DNA from: an uncultured virus (IMG/VR IMGVR_UViG_3300050343_000139)
Taxonomy: Duplodnaviria > Heunggongvirae > Uroviricota > Caudoviricetes
Length of the DNA stretch: 64,000 nt
Virus record (IMG/VR): IMGVR_UViG_3300050343_000139
Reading direction: 5' to 3' (one strand)
The translations under genes were made by a program, and so were the position numbers. Positions 26,961 to 36,734 of the stretch are shown here, piece by piece (position 1 is the stretch's first letter; each line of letters opens with the position of its first letter). The notes below the pieces were generated by a model that did no database searches, was not told where the DNA came from, and saw only the letters and a program-made list of their open reading frames with translations.

Positions 26961-27666
26961 TCCAGTAATCCTTTCTAAAATTTATTTTAAAAGAACCATA
27001 AGTACTTAAATAATGTTTATGGTATTGAATACTAGATTTGTTTTTTTCATTTAAATCTACAATTTTACTTTTATAAGTTTCTCTTTTGTAGGGGACTATC
27101 AATGCAAGTGGTTGACCCTGTTTTATAAATATACATTTTTGGTCTGTTTTAATATTTATTTGAAAATTTAAGTGATAATTTTTATCAGTTCTAAGCAAAC
27201 CGTAAGTGGGTTCCCAATCTTTACTATTAGTTAGAGGCATCTTCATTATTCTTATGGAATAACCTTTAGGTGTAAATGCTTTCCAAGGTGTGTTTATTTT
27301 TACAATCATTTTAGTGTCAAAATCTTTTGGAAGATAGTCAACTAATTGTTCGTTGTAATGATGTTCTACATCATCTCTTTCTAAAATATTAGAAAAACTT
27401 TTAGCTGCTTCCCAAAAAAATAAACCATCTTCAGTTACTGTTATCTTGTAATCAGTAGGAGCTGGAATAACAAAACCTTCTTGATAAACTTCTATAAAAC
27501 TAGGACAAGACTTGACATTCTTACCTTCTTCATTGTCTATATGTATCTTTTCAGCTTTAATATTTTCATACCAATCAATAGGGTATTCTGACATAGGTAT
27601 TGGATGAACGCTTTCTGTATGAAATAAATCTTTACTGAAGGTTCCAAAAGTTATAATGTTCTTCAT
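26950..27666 (-). CDS. dUTPase-like-fold hypothetical protein (copy 2)
   Basis: KSCPSF.....GFVIP, PW...TPKGYS, G...TD, IKQGQPL..IVPYKR. Confidence 0.6.
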   Translation of the reverse strand: MKNIITFGTFSKDLFHTESVHPIPMSEYPIDWYENIKAEKIHIDNEEGKNVKSCPSFIEVYQEGFVIPAPTDYKITVTEDGLFFWEAAKSFSNILERDDVEHHYNEQLVDYLPKDFDTKMIVKINTPWKAFTPKGYSIRIMKMPLTNSKDWEPTYGLLRTDKNYHLNFQINIKTDQKCIFIKQGQPLALIVPYKRETYKSKIVDLNEKNKSSIQYHKHYLSTYGSFKINFRKDYWNEK

Positions 27667-27695
27667 GAAAACATTATATAGAAAGTTTTATTTTA

Positions 27696-28133
27696 TTATT
27701 CTGGTTCTGGAATTAATACCCAACCAGTTGTGTTATCTAACAAATATGAGTTATCGTCCCAATAGTAATTTTGGTCATCTGGTTTATCAATAGGTGGTTT
27801 CCAAACATAATTTTCTAAATCAGCAACATAGTAATCATATCTTCTAGGTGGTAAAAATACATCTTCATCTTCTAAATAGTGCCAACCCACACCTGCATAG
27901 TTTCCTCTTAATGCTTTGCTTTGGTCTTCAGAGGGGTCTTCAGAATCTGGCTGATAATGTACACCATCTTTAGTATTGTAGCTAGTTCTGACTATTGTCT
28001 TACTATCTCTAATTGAACTGTAGAAACTTTCCCAAGTGTCGTGACCTTCGGGTAAGTCTGTATTATCTTCGTCCATACCAGTAAGTACTTCTATAACTAT
28101 TTTGTCTTCATCTAAAACTGCATAATGTGCCAT
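27696..28133 (-). CDS. MAHYA-type tail fibre-associated protein (copy 2)
   Basis: MAHYA.L....V.EV..G.DE, RTSYNT, RGNYAG.G, W..P..P.D...Y.W. Confidence 0.75.
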   Translation of the reverse strand: MAHYAVLDEDKIVIEVLTGMDEDNTDLPEGHDTWESFYSSIRDSKTIVRTSYNTKDGVHYQPDSEDPSEDQSKALRGNYAGVGWHYLEDEDVFLPPRRYDYYVADLENYVWKPPIDKPDDQNYYWDDNSYLLDNTTGWVLIPEPE

Positions 28134-28141
28134 AATATATC

Positions 28142-29023
28142 CTAACTAAAAACTATAGTTCCCGCTGTTCCACCTTTAATGTGGATGTAATTTTGTCCAC
28201 TATAAGTACCTTGGGTAACAGTTAAGTTGGTTGCTGTACAAGTATATGTAGTGGGAAATAAAATATAGACAAATCCAGAACCACCAGAATTATTATGTCC
28301 TTCTGATGCACCATGTGCTCTATTGGCTGCATTACCAGCTGTACCGTAAGCTACATGATACCCTAATGCGTTGATAGTACCAGAACCAGAGCCACCACCT
28401 GCACCTGGAGGTGGATTACCATTAGAAAAACCAGAACCTCTATTACCTTTACTACCACCATTACCAGCAGAGGTCCAACCACTTGGTACTGTTTGTGAAG
28501 GCTGACTTGCAGAACCACCATTGTAACCGTGACTATCATAAGGACGAATATTAGCAAATACTGTTCCACCTCCACCACCAGAGCCACCATTACCACCGGT
28601 ACCGTTTCCTTGATGATTACCAGAACCGTTACCGCCTTTACCTCCGCCTTTACAAGTTAGTGTTGAACCATCTATAGCTAAAGTTGTGTCTCCACCAGTA
28701 GATTGACCACCGCCACCATTACCTATAGTTACGGAGTAACTAATACCTGGGTAAAATATGTCACCATTACCAGTTATGTAGCCACCTCCGCCGCCACCAG
28801 CTCCACGAAAATAACCCCAACCAGAGTGTCCTTGACCTGCACCGCCGCCACCACCGCCTGCAGCCATATAAACAGTAGCTGGTACAACATTAAATTTTTT
28901 CCATTTTTCTTCGGCAACAAGTATAGCTACTTCATTAATATCAAATACACCACTGTTTTCAGTAGCTGTTTGAGTTACATCTTTTACTTTTGTACCTATG
29001 TGACCGAATCTTCTTCTACCCAT
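28142..29023 (-). CDS. glycine-rich adhesin-like protein 6
   Basis: AAGGGGGG...GGGGGG...GGSG.V.I...GT.VFS. Confidence 0.8.
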   Translation of the reverse strand: MGRRRFGHIGTKVKDVTQTATENSGVFDINEVAILVAEEKWKKFNVVPATVYMAAGGGGGGAGQGHSGWGYFRGAGGGGGGYITGNGDIFYPGISYSVTIGNGGGGQSTGGDTTLAIDGSTLTCKGGGKGGNGSGNHQGNGTGGNGGSGGGGGTVFANIRPYDSHGYNGGSASQPSQTVPSGWTSAGNGGSKGNRGSGFSNGNPPPGAGGGSGSGTINALGYHVAYGTAGNAANRAHGASEGHNNSGGSGFVYILFPTTYTCTATNLTVTQGTYSGQNYIHIKGGTAGTIVFS

Positions 29024-29029
29024 AATTAC

Positions 29030-29359
29030 CTATGATATTTCTATGTAACTTATAACTATTTCTAAATCATTTGCAGCAGAAGCCCAAGCTCTAAATTCAT
29101 CATTAGGTTCAAGAACTAACTTTCCACCTATTGGATTAATAGCTGCATCAGCGGGGACAGCAACAGTAGATGTTAATGCCTTAGCTGAAGTAGCTGATTG
29201 GTCATAATAATCTATATTGACATCAGCAGAGTTTGTTCCGTGAACATTGGCTACTTGACATAATATGATTATTTGTTTATTGCTTGTACTGTTAGTGTGT
29301 ACAACAGCATCTGCTGTATTTCCTAACGCTGCATTGATTGAGTGAAATGTCTCTGCCAT
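29030..29359 (-). CDS. virion structural/adaptor protein
   Basis: MAETF...VANV.GT.SAD...KLVLE..D...SYIEIS pattern typical of fibre loci. Confidence 0.65.
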   Translation of the reverse strand: MAETFHSINAALGNTADAVVHTNSTSNKQIIILCQVANVHGTNSADVNIDYYDQSATSAKALTSTVAVPADAAINPIGGKLVLEPNDEFRAWASAANDLEIVISYIEIS

Positions 29360-29360
29360 T

Positions 29361-29741
29361 TTAATCTCCTAATGCGATTATTATTCCGATTGATGCACCT
29401 TTATTTGCATCAACATACGCTTTTACTGATTGTTGCGAGGGTACAGAGGTAGCCGAATCAGAACTCATATTGTCTTCATCTATTAATGTTAATGTAGTAT
29501 CAGTGTCTGTATCTACATCACCCCAAGCAGAACCATTATAAATTTGAATTTTATTTGTTGTTTCATTGTATATTATTTCACCAGCAGAAGCAGAGTATGC
29601 ATTTCGTTCTGTTGTAGAAAATTTAGGCAATTGTATTCCAGAGGCTCCTGTTTCAGAACCGTCAAAAAACTCTGCAATACCATCACTGTTATTACTCTCA
29701 AATCTTACTCTTATAGGTCTATTTCCGTATGTTGTACTCAT
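29361..29741 (-). CDS. fibre adaptor protein
   Basis: RPIRV...G.AEF head, TT.R..GEIIYN module, QQSVKAYVD, C-terminal IIIALG. Confidence 0.65.
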   Translation of the reverse strand: MSTTYGNRPIRVRFESNNSDGIAEFFDGSETGASGIQLPKFSTTERNAYSASAGEIIYNETTNKIQIYNGSAWGDVDTDTDTTLTLIDEDNMSSDSATSVPSQQSVKAYVDANKGASIGIIIALGD

Positions 29742-30736
29742 TACCAGCTCACACTTCCTGTTCCACTTGTTAAAGTGGTAATATTATATCCACCAGAATT
29801 ACTTGTAGTTCCCTGTATACCTGTAAGTGATATTGTGTAACTATCGGGATATTTAATTATAATAACTCCACTTCCTCCACCACCACCAGAATTAGAACCA
29901 TTGTTAGCACCGTTTCCACCATTACCTCTATTAGTTGTTCCAGATACACCAGCATTTATAAAATTAGAAGTTCCTTGACCATAGCCACCTTCTGCATAAG
30001 TAACAGAAGTACCCGAAATATTATTAGCTCTACCAACTCCTCTAGTTCTACCCGATGCTGCACCACCTGCACCACCACCACCTCCGCCTGCAAAGTTACC
30101 TGCATTACCATCATTTTTACTACCACCTGCGTTACCAAAACCAGACCAAGTATATGAGCTTACACTTCTATCTGTCTGTGTAGCTGTACCAGCAGCACCA
30201 CCATTTGAACCCGAAGCACCACCAGCAGAACCACCCGAAGATATAGTTGTATTGCTATCATCAGCATCTCTACCAGCACCACCACCATCTGCTGTAAAAC
30301 CGTTAAAAGATGTATCAGTACCTTTTGCACCAGCGCTACCTTGACTACCACCAGAGCCTCCACCACCTACAGAACAATTATAAGATGTACCACTATTCAC
30401 TAAATAAGAAAGTCCTTCTAATATACCACCAGCTCCTCCACCACCGCCACCAGCTACTCCATCTGAAGAAGAACCGCCACCACCGCCACCTCCTGCAACA
30501 AGTAAAAAATCTGCATTAAAATTAAATGTACTGCCAGACATACCTGCCCAAGAAGAACCATTATATATTTTGATAGTTCCTAAATCTGAATCATAAACTG
30601 TATCGCCAGCAGACATACCTGTAAGTGCATTTATTTGTGAAGTTGTGTAACTCTTTAACCTAAGTGAATTAGATAAAGCAATACCGTTACCAGTAGTCTT
30701 TTCTGATATGTTATCTACTTTTAGTTCACTAGCCAT
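29741..30736 (-). CDS. glycine-rich adhesin-like protein 5
   Basis: Shared N-module plus poly-Gly domain. Confidence 0.8.
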   Translation of the reverse strand: MASELKVDNISEKTTGNGIALSNSLRLKSYTTSQINALTGMSAGDTVYDSDLGTIKIYNGSSWAGMSGSTFNFNADFLLVAGGGGGGGSSSDGVAGGGGGGAGGILEGLSYLVNSGTSYNCSVGGGGSGGSQGSAGAKGTDTSFNGFTADGGGAGRDADDSNTTISSGGSAGGASGSNGGAAGTATQTDRSVSSYTWSGFGNAGGSKNDGNAGNFAGGGGGGAGGAASGRTRGVGRANNISGTSVTYAEGGYGQGTSNFINAGVSGTTNRGNGGNGANNGSNSGGGGGSGVIIIKYPDSYTISLTGIQGTTSNSGGYNITTLTSGTGSVSW

Positions 30737-31133
30737 TGACTAATTCCCAACCTTCAGAATTGTCACCGTTGTAAGCGTTCTCGTTCCATATATATGCTTC
30801 GCCATCATCTGGATAAGCATTTGGAGCTTCCCATACATAGTCGTCACTAAGTGTCCAACTATCATATGGTTTCGCTGGGTAAAAAGCATCTTCGTCTTCA
30901 TCATAAGTGAATCCGATTCCTGCATAGTTACCGCGATACGGTGTTCCTTCTAAGGTATGAGAATTGCCAACAGTGTTGTAAGAAGTTCTTTTGCAAGTTT
31001 GTCCACGAAAATCTGCATACCATGCTTCCCAGCTATCAAAGCCTTCTGGAAGTGTATCGGTATCAGACTCGTCTTTACCTACAATAACTTCAGTTACTAT
31101 ATTGTTGTCGTTAAGAAAGGCGTAATGTGCCAT
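30729..31133 (-). CDS. MAHYA-type tail fibre-associated protein (copy 1)
   Basis: Paralogue of 27696-28133. Confidence 0.75.
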   Translation of the reverse strand: MAHYAFLNDNNIVTEVIVGKDESDTDTLPEGFDSWEAWYADFRGQTCKRTSYNTVGNSHTLEGTPYRGNYAGIGFTYDEDEDAFYPAKPYDSWTLSDDYVWEAPNAYPDDGEAYIWNENAYNGDNSEGWELVNG

Positions 31134-31184
31134 ATTATTCTCCTATCGTATGTATTGTAATCGGTGTTTTAAAATTCTCTGTCA

Positions 31185-32255
31185 TTATGAAAAGCTCACC
31201 GTTCCTGTTCCTGCTGTAAAAACAATATAGCTATCACTGCCATCCGTTTGTACACCACCATCTGTTAAACCTGTTCTTGTTGCTCCTATGGTTGCATCTG
31301 CTGTAGCCCATCTAATTACAACTAATCCAGAACCTCCTCCACCTGGACTTTGTCCAGCAGCTGAACCTGCATTAGCACCACCACCAGAACCAGTGTTTAC
31401 TGTTCCATTAGAACCTTGATTACCTCCACTAGCAGAATTACCACCACCTCCTGTTCCACCACTTGCAGAATTAGTTCTACCTGCTCCACCACCACCACCA
31501 GCTCTTGTGACTGATGAACCTGTAATAGAAGAAGCTAAACCATTTCCACCTGGTCCACCTGTGATAGATGCTTGTCCATTACCACCAACTTGACCAGCTC
31601 CTCCTCCACCACCACCTACTCTAGTAGCTGTAGAACCTTGATTAGAAGAACCACCTCGTGAACCTTGTCCAGCAGTACCTGCTGCTCCACTATTTACACT
31701 ACTGTAAATACCTGCTCCACCACCAGAACCCCAGTTTCCTGTATTAGCTGCACCACCATTACTTCCATAACCTCCTCCAAGAGAAGTTATAGTTGAAAAC
31801 ACACTATTACTTCCTGCTCCATTTGTACTACCACCACCACCTGAACCACCACCACCTACAGTTACAGTTATTGATGTAAATTTTAAAGTTGGTAAAACAC
31901 TTTCTGTTGAGCTGCTGCCACCAGAAGTTTCAGAGGCATAGCTATTCCTATATCCACCAGCTCCTCCACCACCATTACCAGATGAGTTTCCACTTGGACC
32001 ACCACCACCACCTCCACCAGCTATAACTAATGAAGATGCATTAAATAAAAATGTATTGTCTGATGTAGCAAACCAAGCTGTACCATTATAAAAATCTATT
32101 GTTCCTGTTGTACTGTTATATACTGTATCACCAGCTTGTGGACTAGATAAAGCATCTCTTTGAGCAGTTGTATAAGATTTCAATGCCAACGGGTCATCCA
32201 TTGAAATATTATTACCACTTCTTGCTTCTATGTTATCTACTTTTAATCTACTCAT
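31185..32255 (-). CDS. glycine-rich adhesin-like protein 4
   Basis: Shared N-module plus poly-Gly domain; ends TAGTGTVSFS. Confidence 0.8.
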   Translation of the reverse strand: MSRLKVDNIEARSGNNISMDDPLALKSYTTAQRDALSSPQAGDTVYNSTTGTIDFYNGTAWFATSDNTFLFNASSLVIAGGGGGGGPSGNSSGNGGGGAGGYRNSYASETSGGSSSTESVLPTLKFTSITVTVGGGGSGGGGSTNGAGSNSVFSTITSLGGGYGSNGGAANTGNWGSGGGAGIYSSVNSGAAGTAGQGSRGGSSNQGSTATRVGGGGGGAGQVGGNGQASITGGPGGNGLASSITGSSVTRAGGGGGAGRTNSASGGTGGGGNSASGGNQGSNGTVNTGSGGGANAGSAAGQSPGGGGSGLVVIRWATADATIGATRTGLTDGGVQTDGSDSYIVFTAGTGTVSFS

Positions 32256-33451
32256 TATGCAAAGCTCACTGTTCCTGTTCCTGCTGTAATTATTGAAACT
32301 TTATTATCTCCTTGTGTAATAGTACTAAGAGTTAAACCAGACTGTGACATAGTGTATTTACTTTCGTATCTTAATATTAATACCCCACTAGCACCAGTTG
32401 AACCATCCCAACCATTACCATCAGCACGAGATGCACCACCACCTCCACCACCACCTGTGTTAGCTGTGCCATCTTGTCCATTATCTCCATTAGTAGATGA
32501 ACCTCTACCTCCACCACCTTTACCACCATCTGGTATAGAGGAATCTCCAGAGTTACCTCCAGAACCACCACCACCAGAATAATAAACATTTGAACCATCA
32601 ACTTCTCCAACAGAAGCAGTTGTTGCTTCAGATGCAGTAATAATTGTGGATGTAACACCTATACCTCCATAACCATTGCCACCCGGCGAAACACCATTTG
32701 AACCATTACCTTGTGCTCCAGCACCACCTCCACCACCTTGTGCGTAGTTTGATTGATTACCATTACCACCACGAAAACCTTGTTTCTCATCATCTTTAGT
32801 ATTATCACTACCACCAGTATTTTGACCACCACCAGAACCACCAGATGTTCCAGAACTAAATTCATCTAAACCACCACGACCATTTCTACCACCACCACCT
32901 CCACCACCAAAGGCGTGTATTGTTGCAAATCTTGTAGAAGAACCAGCACCACCTGCTTGTTCAGAAGAAGGTGTAGTAGCATAAGCACCATTACCTTTTA
33001 CTCCACCAGCACCAATGGTTACTAAATAGTTTGTAGAAGGAACTACATAAAAAGCTGGACTAGCTGTTGTTAAACCACCAGATGTAGAACCAGATACATT
33101 AGTTAATAATCCACCTGCTCCTCCTCCACCACCACAGCGATTAGACTCATTGTTCCATCCAGAACCACCACCGCCACCACCTGCTGCAGCCATATATTCA
33201 ACTGAAATTACATCTGCTCCACCTGTTTCTACCCAAGCTGAACCTGTATAGTACTCTGCTTTAGAAGTGGTTGTATTATAAATTGTATCTCCAGCTACTG
33301 AAGTAAGAGCATCTCTTTGTGTTGTTGTATAGTTTTTAAGTCTTAGTGCAGTATCTATTGCTACATTGTTAGTATCATTTGTTGAAATCTTATTTGTTTT
33401 TAATTCACTCATTATGCAAAGCTCACTGTTCCTGTTCCTGCTGTAATTATT
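32250..33451. repeat. 45-bp perfect direct repeat at gene junctions
   Basis: ACTCATTATGCAAAGCTCACTGTTCCTGTTCCTGCTGTAATTATT at 32250-32294 and 33407-33451; degenerate copies near 31190, 35335 and 29745. Confidence 0.9.
32255..33412 (-). CDS. glycine-rich adhesin-like protein 3
   Basis: Shared N-module plus poly-Gly domain; ends TAGTGTVSFA. Confidence 0.8.
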   Translation of the reverse strand: MSELKTNKISTNDTNNVAIDTALRLKNYTTTQRDALTSVAGDTIYNTTTSKAEYYTGSAWVETGGADVISVEYMAAAGGGGGGSGWNNESNRCGGGGGAGGLLTNVSGSTSGGLTTASPAFYVVPSTNYLVTIGAGGVKGNGAYATTPSSEQAGGAGSSTRFATIHAFGGGGGGGRNGRGGLDEFSSGTSGGSGGGQNTGGSDNTKDDEKQGFRGGNGNQSNYAQGGGGGAGAQGNGSNGVSPGGNGYGGIGVTSTIITASEATTASVGEVDGSNVYYSGGGGSGGNSGDSSIPDGGKGGGGRGSSTNGDNGQDGTANTGGGGGGGASRADGNGWDGSTGASGVLILRYESKYTMSQSGLTLSTITQGDNKVSIITAGTGTVSFA

Positions 33452-34548
33452 AAAATGCTATCACTACCAGTAGAAGCAGTAGATGTAGTTAGACCTGTTG
33501 TACTAGCTGTATATGTATTTGGGTATCTAAGAATTACTAACCCACTACCTCCAGCACCAGACACAGCAGATGAGTTATTTGCACTACCTGCACCTCCACC
33601 ACCACCTGTGTTTACAGTTCCATTTGTGCTGTTATTTGCTCTTTTAGTAGAACCATTTCCACCACCACCTAATCCACCTGGGCCATTTGATGAGTTTCCT
33701 TTTCCACCACCACCTCCACTAACATAAACATTATTACTATCTACTTCGCCTACAGATGCAGAAGTTGCTTGACTATCAGAAATAATTGTTGTTACCATAC
33801 CAGCTCCACCAGCTCCACCAGTTGAGCTTGATGCACTACCACCAACTGCACCAGCACCACCAGAACCAGCACCAGGATAAGCACCAGAAGATGTAATACT
33901 TGTATCTCCACCACCATACGCTTGTGTTGGTATGTAAGCAAGGTGAATATCCCTATCAAGATAATTACCTCCTGTACCACTAGCTCCAGCAGAACCATCT
34001 GCTCTTGCCATATAAGTTCCACCATAACCACCAGAACCACCAGTTCCTCCAATAGCTTGTATTTCAGCAAATCCAGTTTCTGTGCCTTTTCCTCCACCAT
34101 TAATATTTCCAGAAGAACTAGCATTACCAGCAGTACCACCACCACCAATAGATACTGTATAACTTTGTCCTACTAATACAGAAAAAGTAGGTTTATTTAC
34201 ACCACTAGGTCCTGCAAATTCTGATGCGTAACTTGTTAAAACACCAGCACTTCCACCACCTGTGCTTGGGCGACCATTACTATCTCCAGTATAATTATCC
34301 ATACCACCACCTCCTCCACCAGCGACTAACAAATAATCCATATTAAATGTTGTAGCACCAGTTTCTTGCCAAGCAGAACCATCATAGTATTCTACTTTTT
34401 CAGTGGTTGTGTTGTATATCGTGTCACCAGCTACTGATGTAAGTCCATCTCTAGCTGTTGTGTCGTATGACTTTAAATTTAAACTATCATCAACTGATAC
34501 ATTGTTACCAGAGTATTTACCTATAGCGTTTGTTTCGAGAGTGGACAT
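33412..34548 (-). CDS. glycine-rich adhesin-like protein 2
   Basis: Shared N-module plus poly-Gly domain; ends TAGTGTVSFA. Confidence 0.8.
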   Translation of the reverse strand: MSTLETNAIGKYSGNNVSVDDSLNLKSYDTTARDGLTSVAGDTIYNTTTEKVEYYDGSAWQETGATTFNMDYLLVAGGGGGGMDNYTGDSNGRPSTGGGSAGVLTSYASEFAGPSGVNKPTFSVLVGQSYTVSIGGGGTAGNASSSGNINGGGKGTETGFAEIQAIGGTGGSGGYGGTYMARADGSAGASGTGGNYLDRDIHLAYIPTQAYGGGDTSITSSGAYPGAGSGGAGAVGGSASSSTGGAGGAGMVTTIISDSQATSASVGEVDSNNVYVSGGGGGKGNSSNGPGGLGGGGNGSTKRANNSTNGTVNTGGGGGAGSANNSSAVSGAGGSGLVILRYPNTYTASTTGLTTSTASTGSDSILIITAGTGTVSFA

Positions 34549-34739
34549 TATAAATCATTCCACGCTGAGCCGTTATAAAATTGTACTTTGCTATCTGTTG
34601 TATTGTATATCATATCACCAGCAGCACTTGTTAATGCGTTTCTCTGTGTAGTCGTATAAGACTTTAAGTTCAGAGGGTCTTGCATAGAAACATTATTGCC
34701 AGAGCTTTTAGATATTGTATTAACTTTTAAAGTAGCCAT
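34548..34739 (-). CDS. stand-alone adhesin N-terminal module (63 aa)
   Basis: MATLKVNTI...LKSYTTTQRNALTSAAGDMIYNTTDSKVQFYNGSAW with no Gly-rich domain. Confidence 0.75.
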   Translation of the reverse strand: MATLKVNTISKSSGNNVSMQDPLNLKSYTTTQRNALTSAAGDMIYNTTDSKVQFYNGSAWNDL

Positions 34740-35335
34740 TATATAATCACCAATGTCCCATTGTTTGTTATGGTCCCAGTAATTGATACTGGACCAGCCA
34801 TTAATTGACCTTCTCCTGTAGGAATAGTATAAGTTGCAGCTTGTGTCTGATTATGTCGTACTGTTCCAGAGTTAGTAGTAAAAGCCATACCACCCACATC
34901 TTGTACAGCTACTTCAGTACCTGCTACATCATATCTAATCTTATCTTCATCAGAACCACCTTCATCTACTTGAATTTTTGTATCACTATCACCATCACTA
35001 ATCGCTGTACTATCCGCTGATACTGTTGCATTGATACCTCCATCAGTAGAGTCATCATATGTAAAACTTATTCCAGAGTGTGAGCCATTAGTTACTAATT
35101 GTGCAGCAACAATATCTTGTATTTGTTCTGAGGTATTACCAACAACTACCCAAGCCGAGCCATCGTATATTTTAATTTTGTTATCTGTTTCATTATAAAT
35201 CATCTCCCCTTCAGTTGTACCTGTAGGGTCTGAAGAGTGTGAAGGCAATAAGACAGTATCAGCATTAGTAAACTCTGCTAAACCATCGGTATCATTACCT
35301 GTTCTTGTTACATGTATTAATCTATGTGTTGCCAT
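34739..35335 (-). CDS. fibre adaptor protein
   Basis: Shares the head, DTKI.V and C-terminal AGP...G.LV modules with the 1821-aa fibre. Confidence 0.7.
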   Translation of the reverse strand: MATHRLIHVTRTGNDTDGLAEFTNADTVLLPSHSSDPTGTTEGEMIYNETDNKIKIYDGSAWVVVGNTSEQIQDIVAAQLVTNGSHSGISFTYDDSTDGGINATVSADSTAISDGDSDTKIQVDEGGSDEDKIRYDVAGTEVAVQDVGGMAFTTNSGTVRHNQTQAATYTIPTGEGQLMAGPVSITGTITNNGTLVII

Positions 35336-36414
35336 TATGCTATGCTCACTGTTCCTGTTCCAGCTGTGAAAGTTGTTACTTTATCTCCACCATCTAATGC
35401 TGTAGAACTTGTCAAACCAGCACCTATAGTTAAATTTCTTGTTTGTGAATATCTTATGATAACTATTCCAGAGCCACCATTTCCACCAGAGCCATAACTA
35501 CCAGAACCATTAGCACTACCTCCACCGCCACCACCTCCAGTGTTTGTTGAGCCACTACCACCAGAACCACCATTATTAGAACCATTACCTCCACCACCAG
35601 CACCTGCAGAACCAGAGGGTCCACCACTATAATCAGAACCTCCACCACCACCGCCACCTCTTGTGACAGATGAAGCAGTTATCAAAGAAGCTAAACCATC
35701 TCCACCTGCTCCTGTGCCGTCAGTGTTTCCAGCTTCTCCAGCACCACCACCTCCACCAGCAGTAGAAGAGCCACCAGCACCATTATGACCTTGTCCTGTA
35801 GTACCAGTACCATAACCATTGTAACTTGCACCACCACCAGAACCACCATTTCCAACTGCTCTTTCATAGGCACCACCCTTACCTCCACCATTTGAGGTAA
35901 CTGAAGCAAAAACAGAGTCTGAACCATCATTACCTACTGCTCTATATGCTCCAGAACCACCACCACCAATAGTTACTGTGTAATTAGTCCCTAATAAAGT
36001 ACTCAAAGGAGTTTCAGTTGAACTATTGCCACCAGATGTTTCAGATGCGTATGAGTTTCTATAACCTCCAGCACCTCCACCACCACCAGCAAAGTTAGAA
36101 CCACCAGAACCTCCACCTGCTATAACTAGATATTGAACACTTTCAGAAAATGTATTATTTGTTGTAGCGGTCCAAACAGAACCATTATAAAAATCTACTG
36201 TTCCTTCATCAGAATTAAATATCATATCTCCAGCACTAGCTGTTAATGCGTCTCTTTGTGATGTTGAGTAATTTTTTAACTTCATTGATGAATTTAAAGC
36301 AATATTACCACCAGAAGTCTTAGCTTCTAATGTATCCACTTTTACTGTTGAATTAACAGTTATATCACTGCCTTGACTGGATTCTATTTCATCTACTTTT
36401 ATTTTACTTACCAT
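35335..36414 (-). CDS. glycine-rich adhesin-like protein 1
   Basis: Duplicated KVD.IE head, shared module, poly-Gly domain. Confidence 0.8.
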   Translation of the reverse strand: MVSKIKVDEIESSQGSDITVNSTVKVDTLEAKTSGGNIALNSSMKLKNYSTSQRDALTASAGDMIFNSDEGTVDFYNGSVWTATTNNTFSESVQYLVIAGGGSGGSNFAGGGGGAGGYRNSYASETSGGNSSTETPLSTLLGTNYTVTIGGGGSGAYRAVGNDGSDSVFASVTSNGGGKGGAYERAVGNGGSGGGASYNGYGTGTTGQGHNGAGGSSTAGGGGGAGEAGNTDGTGAGGDGLASLITASSVTRGGGGGGGSDYSGGPSGSAGAGGGGNGSNNGGSGGSGSTNTGGGGGGGSANGSGSYGSGGNGGSGIVIIRYSQTRNLTIGAGLTSSTALDGGDKVTTFTAGTGTVSIA

Positions 36415-36734
36415 TATTCACTCGGTTTCGGATTGTCGTCTTTTACTTCTTTTAAGGCAAGATACAAAGAACCTGTCTTAGCATCTTCTCCTAAAAGTCC
36501 ACCATCTATATCGTGGAATAGTTTATCTAATTGTTCTGCAATCTGTGGGTAAACTCTATCTCTTTGATATTGGTTAGCATCATACTCTGTTTGAAGTTCT
36601 ATTTTCTTTGCTTCTATTTCTTCATCAGTAGGTTGTGTTCTTTCATCTAACCATTGAGTAACAACTCCTTGTGAGTACACCATTTCAGCATCTGATACTA
36701 AAGCTCTTATTGCATCAATATTTTCAATACTCAT
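36414..36734 (-). CDS. tail fibre assembly-like protein
   Basis: QPT.EEI...YQRDR.YP.I.EQLD.L.HD...VK...PKP. Confidence 0.7.
   Translation of the reverse strand: MSIENIDAIRALVSDAEMVYSQGVVTQWLDERTQPTDEEIEAKKIELQTEYDANQYQRDRVYPQIAEQLDKLFHDIDGGLLGEDAKTGSLYLALKEVKDDNPKPSE

Noticed and set aside
20920..27690. Shared late-promoter upstream motif (TAAA..C about 28 nt before -10-like boxes)
   Set aside because: Spacing varies from 27 to 30 nt and the motif is too AT-rich to distinguish from background by eye.
28142..36414. Diversity-generating retroelement or invertase shufflon
   Set aside because: No reverse transcriptase or recombinase in the window, no adenine-specific TR/VR pair seen, and all cassettes are complete genes in the same orientation.
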